Below the pieces are notes generated by a model. That model had not been told where the DNA came from. It ran no database searches and saw only the letters and a list, made by a program, of their open reading frames with translations. This document shows, piece after piece, positions 28,501-34,500 of a stretch of 42,868 nucleotides of DNA. A program made the position numbers and the translations under genes. Positions within the stretch are counted from its first letter, which is position 1, and each line of letters opens with the position of its first letter. The stretch covers positions 1-42,868 of the forward strand of contig JAFGOJ010000454.1 of NCBI GenBank assembly GCA_016926575.1. Direction: 5' to 3'. This DNA is from Anaerolineae bacterium (GTDB lineage: Bacteria > Chloroflexota > Anaerolineae > B4-G1 > DUEL01).

Positions 28501-31500
28501 ACACCTTCGCGGTAGCGGAGGACTCGGTCGGAAACACGTTGAACGTGCTGGCCAACGACGGGTTCACCGGTGGGCCATCGCTCACGATCAGCAGCGTGGG
28601 CGCGCCGATCAGCGGCACCGTCACGATCGCCGGCAGCACCGTGGTCTACACGCCCACGCTTGACTTCACCGGGGATGACGTATTCACCTACAGCGTTGCC
28701 ACTGCCGGCGGCCTCCTCGGCGACACGGCGACTATCACCGTCACGGTGGGCGGCACCAACGATCCGCCCGCGGCGCAGGACGACACCGCCACGACGAACG
28801 AGGACACCGCGGCAGCCATCAGCGTGCTGGCCAACGACTCCGATCCCGACGGCCAGACGCCGTTCTTGCTGGCGGTGGAGAACCCCACCTCGCACGGCGC
28901 TGCCGCCATCGCCGGGAACACGGTGATCTATACCCCGTCACAGGATTTCAACGGCGCGGATACCTTCGCCTACACCATCAGCGACGGCATCCTGACCGAC
29001 ACCGCCCGCATCACCGTCACCATCCAGCCGATCAACGACGCACCGCCCTTCACCACCGGCCCCGACTGGGTGGTGGCCGAAGACTGCGGCACGCAGGTCG
29101 TTCCGGCCTGGGCGACGGACATCGCGCCCGCCCCGGCGACCGCGACGGACGAAGCCGGGCAGGTGCTCACCTTCACGCTGACGAACGACAACAACGGCCT
29201 CTTCTCCGCGCAGCCCGGGTTGAGCGTCGCAGGCGTGCTCACCTTCACACCGGCCGCGAACGCCAACGGCGTCGCCAGGGTGTCGGCGACGCTCCAGGAC
29301 AGCGGCGGCACGGCCAACGGCGGGATGGATACGACGATGCAATCCTTCGTCATCACTGTCACCGCCGTCAACGATGCGCCGCAGGCCAACGACGTCACGC
29401 GGGCGACGCCGGAGGACGTACCGCTCAACATCGCCATCGTTCCCAGCCAGGTCAGCGACGTGGACGGCGACCCGCTCACGGTGAGCAGCGTCGGCGCGCC
29501 GGCCAATGGCACAGCCACGACCGACGGCAGCAACGTGGTCTATACCCCGACGCTGGACTTGAACGGCGTAGACGTGTTCACCTACACCGTGCGCGACCCC
29601 GGTGGGCTGACCGACACGGCGACCATCACCGTCACCGTCACGGAGATGAACGACCTGCCGACGCTGGACCCGCTCTCCAAGCTGACGATAGACGAGGACG
29701 CCGCGATGCAGACAGTGGGCCTGAGCGGCATCAGCAGCGGCGCGCCAGACGAGACCCAGACTTTGACTGTCACGGCTACGTCAGACGACACGGGCTTGAT
29801 CCCGCATCCCACCGTCGCCTACACGAGTCCCAACACTACTGGCGCACTCTACTTCCAGCCGGTCGCCAATGCGTTCGGCGTGGTCACGCTGGCCGTGACC
29901 GTCACCGACGGCCTCTCGCAGACCGCGTGTACGTTCCAGGTGACGGTCACGCCGGTCAACGATCCGCCGACGCTGGACGCGATCCCCGACGTAGAGGTCT
30001 ACGCCGACGCCGGCCCGCAGACGGTCAGCTTGAGCGGCATTGGCGCCGGCCCTAACGAGAGCCAAGCGTTGACCGTGACCGCTTCTTCGGGCAACGTGGG
30101 CCTGCTGCCGCACCCCACCGTCGTCTACACCAGCCCCAACCCGACCGGCAGCCTGTGGCTGTCACCGCAGTCCGGCCACGCGGGTGCGGCCACGGTGGTA
30201 GTGACTGTCACCGACGGCCTCTCGCAGACCGTGCGCTCCTTCCAGGTCACCGTCAGCCCGTTCCCGCCCCGCCCCTACGCCTACGTCGCCGACTGGACAG
30301 GCGGCCTGCGGCTGGTGGACGTTTCCACGCCCGCCAACCCGCACGCCAGCGGCGTCTACACCACGTACTCTGCCTACGACGTCGCCCTCTCCGGGCCTTA
30401 CGCTTACGTCGCCTCCGGCTACGCCGGGTTGCAGATCATAGACGTCTCCGACCCGGCCGATCCGCACAAGGTGGGCGAAGCCGGCTTCGCCGGCAATGCC
30501 CAGGGCGTGGCCGTCTCCGGCGGCACCGCCTACGTGGCAGATGGCGACCGCAACCAGTTGCGGATCGTGGACGTCTCCGATCCTACTGATCCGCACCAGA
30601 TTACCACCTACGGTACGCCGGGATACGCTTACGATGTGGCGGTCTTGGGAGGTTATGCTTACGTGGCGTGCGGCTTCCGCGGCCTTCAGGTGGTGGACGT
30701 CTCCGACCCCGCCAACCCCCACCTCGCGGGCTCACTGGGCGCATCGTCCGCTCGCGGCGTAGCGGTCTCTGGCAACCGCGTCTACCTGGCCGACGGGATC
30801 GCCGGCCTGCGCGTGGTGGACGTTTCTGTTCCCAGCAGCCCGCAACTCGTGAGCACGTTCGATACGCCAGGGAATGCGTTTGACGTGGCCGTCGCCGGGG
30901 GATTGGTCTACGTCGCCGACTATGACAAGGGCTTGCAGGTGATCAATCCCGATGGAGTCACCCCCAGCGCGACAGCGTGCGATACAGCCGGTCACTGCAC
31001 GACAGTCGCGGCCACTGCGCAGGTGCAGGGCGCCGGCCTTGAGCCACTCGCGGTGAATTTGGGCGCAGGCGCCCTTGGCCCGATGGCGCTCTCTGAATCC
31101 GGGCAGGAATGGCCGAGCGTCTCCATCGCGGGCGTTCCATCGGTGCTCGCCAGCGCCGATCCCATCTCCGTCACCGGCGAGGCCTACGTGACCACCACCT
31201 CTTCCCTGCGCGCCCTGACGGTGACGGTGGACAGTGCCCTCATCTACGTTGAGACCTGGCCCAGCGGCACCGTCACGCAGACCGTCTGGAGCGCCGACTG
31301 GATGCCGGCCGGGGAAGGGACCTATGTGTTGCAGGCGCGAGTCGTGGACGACGACGGCGGCACGGCCAGCGACACGCTCACTGTCACGGTGGATACTCAG
31401 CCTCCCACCGTCGGCATCACGCCGACACTGCTCACCTCCGCGCAGTACCACCCACCGCGCGCCATTGACATCACCGGCGTAGCCACCGACACGGGCGGCG

Positions 31501-34500
31501 TGGCATCCGTCGAGGCCACCGTGGTGCAGGACGGCGTCGCCCGCAGCGCCGTCCTCCTCGGCGGCAGCAGCCCCACCGCGACCGCCTGGGTCGCCACCTG
31601 GTACCTGGGCAGCAACCCTCTGCCCGACGGCGAGGTCTATACCATCACCGCCCGGTCGGTGGACATCGTCGGGCGCAGCACGTGGGTCACCGAACCGGTG
31701 ACGGTGGACGTGACGCCGCCCACGCCGGTCACACTGACACTGTCGGCGGCGGGCGACCGGCTGTCGCCCGGCGAAACTCTGCGCGACACGCCCGCCACGC
31801 TGACGCTGACCTGGACGCAGGCCGGCGACGGCAGCGGCGTGGCCGGCTACCTGGCGGATTGGGCCATCGCCGTGACCAACACCACGCACACCACTTCCAG
31901 CATCCCGGCCCTGGCGACTCGCATCGTCACCACCACCGCCCAGGACGGGCAGAAGGTGACGGCTTGGGTTGTCGGCGAGGACATCTATCAGAACAGGCGC
32001 TGGCAGCGCGCCGGCCCGGTCTACGTGGACGGCCCACGCACGCCCGATTACGCCATCTTGGACGATCCCGACGGCGTGTATCGCGGCTGGATGGAGAGCG
32101 GCTGCAGCCTGCTCGGCGTGGACCGCCGCGCCAGCCGCCAGGCGCAGGGCGCTGAGCAGCGCTTCTATGCCACGTGGAACGCCGAGGGACTGCGGCTGGC
32201 CTGGAACGGCGCCAATTGGGACGATCCTTCGACAGGCTCAGGACAGGCCGGCGGCGACCTGTTCGTCTACCTGGACGTGCAGGCCGGCGGCGCGATCACG
32301 GCCTATAACCCCTACAGCGATACCGCCGGCGCCGTGGTCTACCTGCCCGGCGTCACGCCAGGTTCGTCGGCGGGCGCGATGACCGCCGACTACCTGGTCT
32401 GGGTGCGTGACGCGCGGACGGCGCTGCTGATGCACTGGGACGGCAGCGCGTGGATCTCGGACACTTTGCTCCTCCCCGCGTGGTACCGCTTCGACGCCGC
32501 GCTCAGCAACCCTTCGACAGGCTCAGGGGCAGCCGGCCACACCGACCTGTACCTGCCCTTCGACCTGCTTGGCATCGCCGACCCGGCCTCGACACCGCTC
32601 AACCTGGTCGCCTTCGCCAGCGAAAATGATGCGCTGCGCCTGTGGGCGACAGCCCCCGCAGCTAACCCCGTCAACAGCAGCCGCGTGGTCGAGACGGGTG
32701 TCTTTGCGGGCGAGGAGCAGGAATTCGCCCTCACGCAGCGCTATCACTGGGACGGCCTCGGTGCGGGCGTTTGCCCCAACGGCAGCGAAGGGAGCACGCC
32801 GTTCCAGTATCCCGACACCGATCTACAGGGGCGCATCTCCGCCGATCCGGTTGGCACGGCGTACGCCTTCGTGGACGACAACCTGTTCTGGCTGTGGGAG
32901 TTGCTGCTGGGCAGCCCGCCGGCGGACATCACGTCGCTCCTAGAGCCCTTGATGAGCGCCGACCTCCCCAGGGTGGGCAACGGCCAGTTGATCAGTTACA
33001 CGATCCGCTGCCACAACCAGGGCGCCTACACGGCGACCAACGTCGTCGCGGACGTCCAGGCCTTGTACGCGCTGGCCCTCGTCGGCGGCGACCGCCAGAT
33101 CCCCCTGGGCGACATCGGGCCGGGCGAGGAAGACACGGTCACCTTCTACGGCGTGGTAGACCTGGGCCTCAGCGCGGAACCGTGGGCCGCCGTGGAGGCG
33201 CGGATCTATGACGACGCCCACGACCCGTCCGGCCAGCCGCTGGAGTGGCTGTGGGTGCACCACCCGGTGGATCGCGACGCGCCCGAGTTCTTTGGCATCC
33301 AGCAACCGCGCTATCTGATCGGGACGGGCACGACCGACCTGCGCGGCTACGCCTACGACGATTCCGGCGTGCCCACGATGACGCTCACCATCCAGTCCCC
33401 ATCCAGCCTCACTCAGACGCTCATCTGCCCAGACGCGACTGCGCAGGACGGCCAGTGGACGTGCGCCTGGGACGTGACGGCCAGCAATGGCGGCGCAGCC
33501 CCCGCTCACGGCGCGCAGTTCGACGTGCAACTCCAGGCCACAGACGGGTTGGGGCAGAGCGGCCTGGGCGACTGGCAGCCCTTCGTCGTAGACGCTATGC
33601 CGCCAGCCGTCACGCTGGACGTGGCGGCGAGTGGCGTGAGCGACGGCAGCGTCGTGCGGGACACCACCTTCACGCTGGTGGGCGACCTGCGCGACGACGG
33701 CGGCGTGCAACAGGTGGACGTGTGCCTGGGTGGCAGTTGCGGGATCGCCAGCCTGACATCGCTCCTGGCATCTGCGCCGGCGAGTTACGAGGACGCGCCA
33801 GGCGCGCCGATCGCCATCACCGGCGGCTGTTTCGAACGCTATTTCGACGTGTCGGAGGATATCGCCATCGGTTGGGCGCGGCTGGGCTTTGTCGCCGCGC
33901 ACACCCACCGCGACGACCTCCAGGTGGAACTGCGCTCGCCGCACGGCACGACTGTGCGCGTGCTTGACGACGACGCCGTCTCCGGCACCCAGCTCCAGAA
34001 CTATGACCTGCTCCTGAGCGACGCCGCGGCGAGCGCGTATGCTGCCGGCGTCGGCGACGATCCCACCTGGCCGTACTACGAGCGTCTGGCGCGGCCTAAC
34101 GCTCCGCTGCACGCCTTCCAGGGAGAGTCCTCCGCCGGGCTCTGGACGTTGCGCATCTGCGATACGGATGGAGCGGCAAACGACGGTGTCTACTACCGCA
34201 GCCTGCTGGAACTCACACCGCGCGATGCCGCGGTGCAGGCGGCGCGCTGGTCATACCGCACGCCCGCCACCGCCGACAGGTTGGATCATATCTCCCGCAC
34301 CATCGTCATCTCCGGCACGGACGCGGTGGGCAACCGCTCCGCCATCAGCCTGATGGTGTGGGTGGACAATGTCGCGCCGGTGATCACTGTAACCCAAGCG
34401 GTAGCGCGTGCTGTCGTGGGCAGCCGCGATGCCCTGATCGGTGGCGTCGCGCACGACGGCGGGCAAGTGATCGCCGTCTCCGTGATCATCGAAACCCCCG

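Noticed and set aside
15096-28895. Very long minus-strand and alternate-frame ORFs inside the giant gene (for example 15096..17183, 17493..19499, 21300..22868, 23286..24575, 25482..26600 and 26643..28895).
   Set aside because: They are typical shadow ORFs of a GC-rich coding region. Their translations are Arg/Gly/Ala/Val-rich with no recognisable motifs. The + frame starting at 13542 carries coherent domain signatures and high GC3 throughout.
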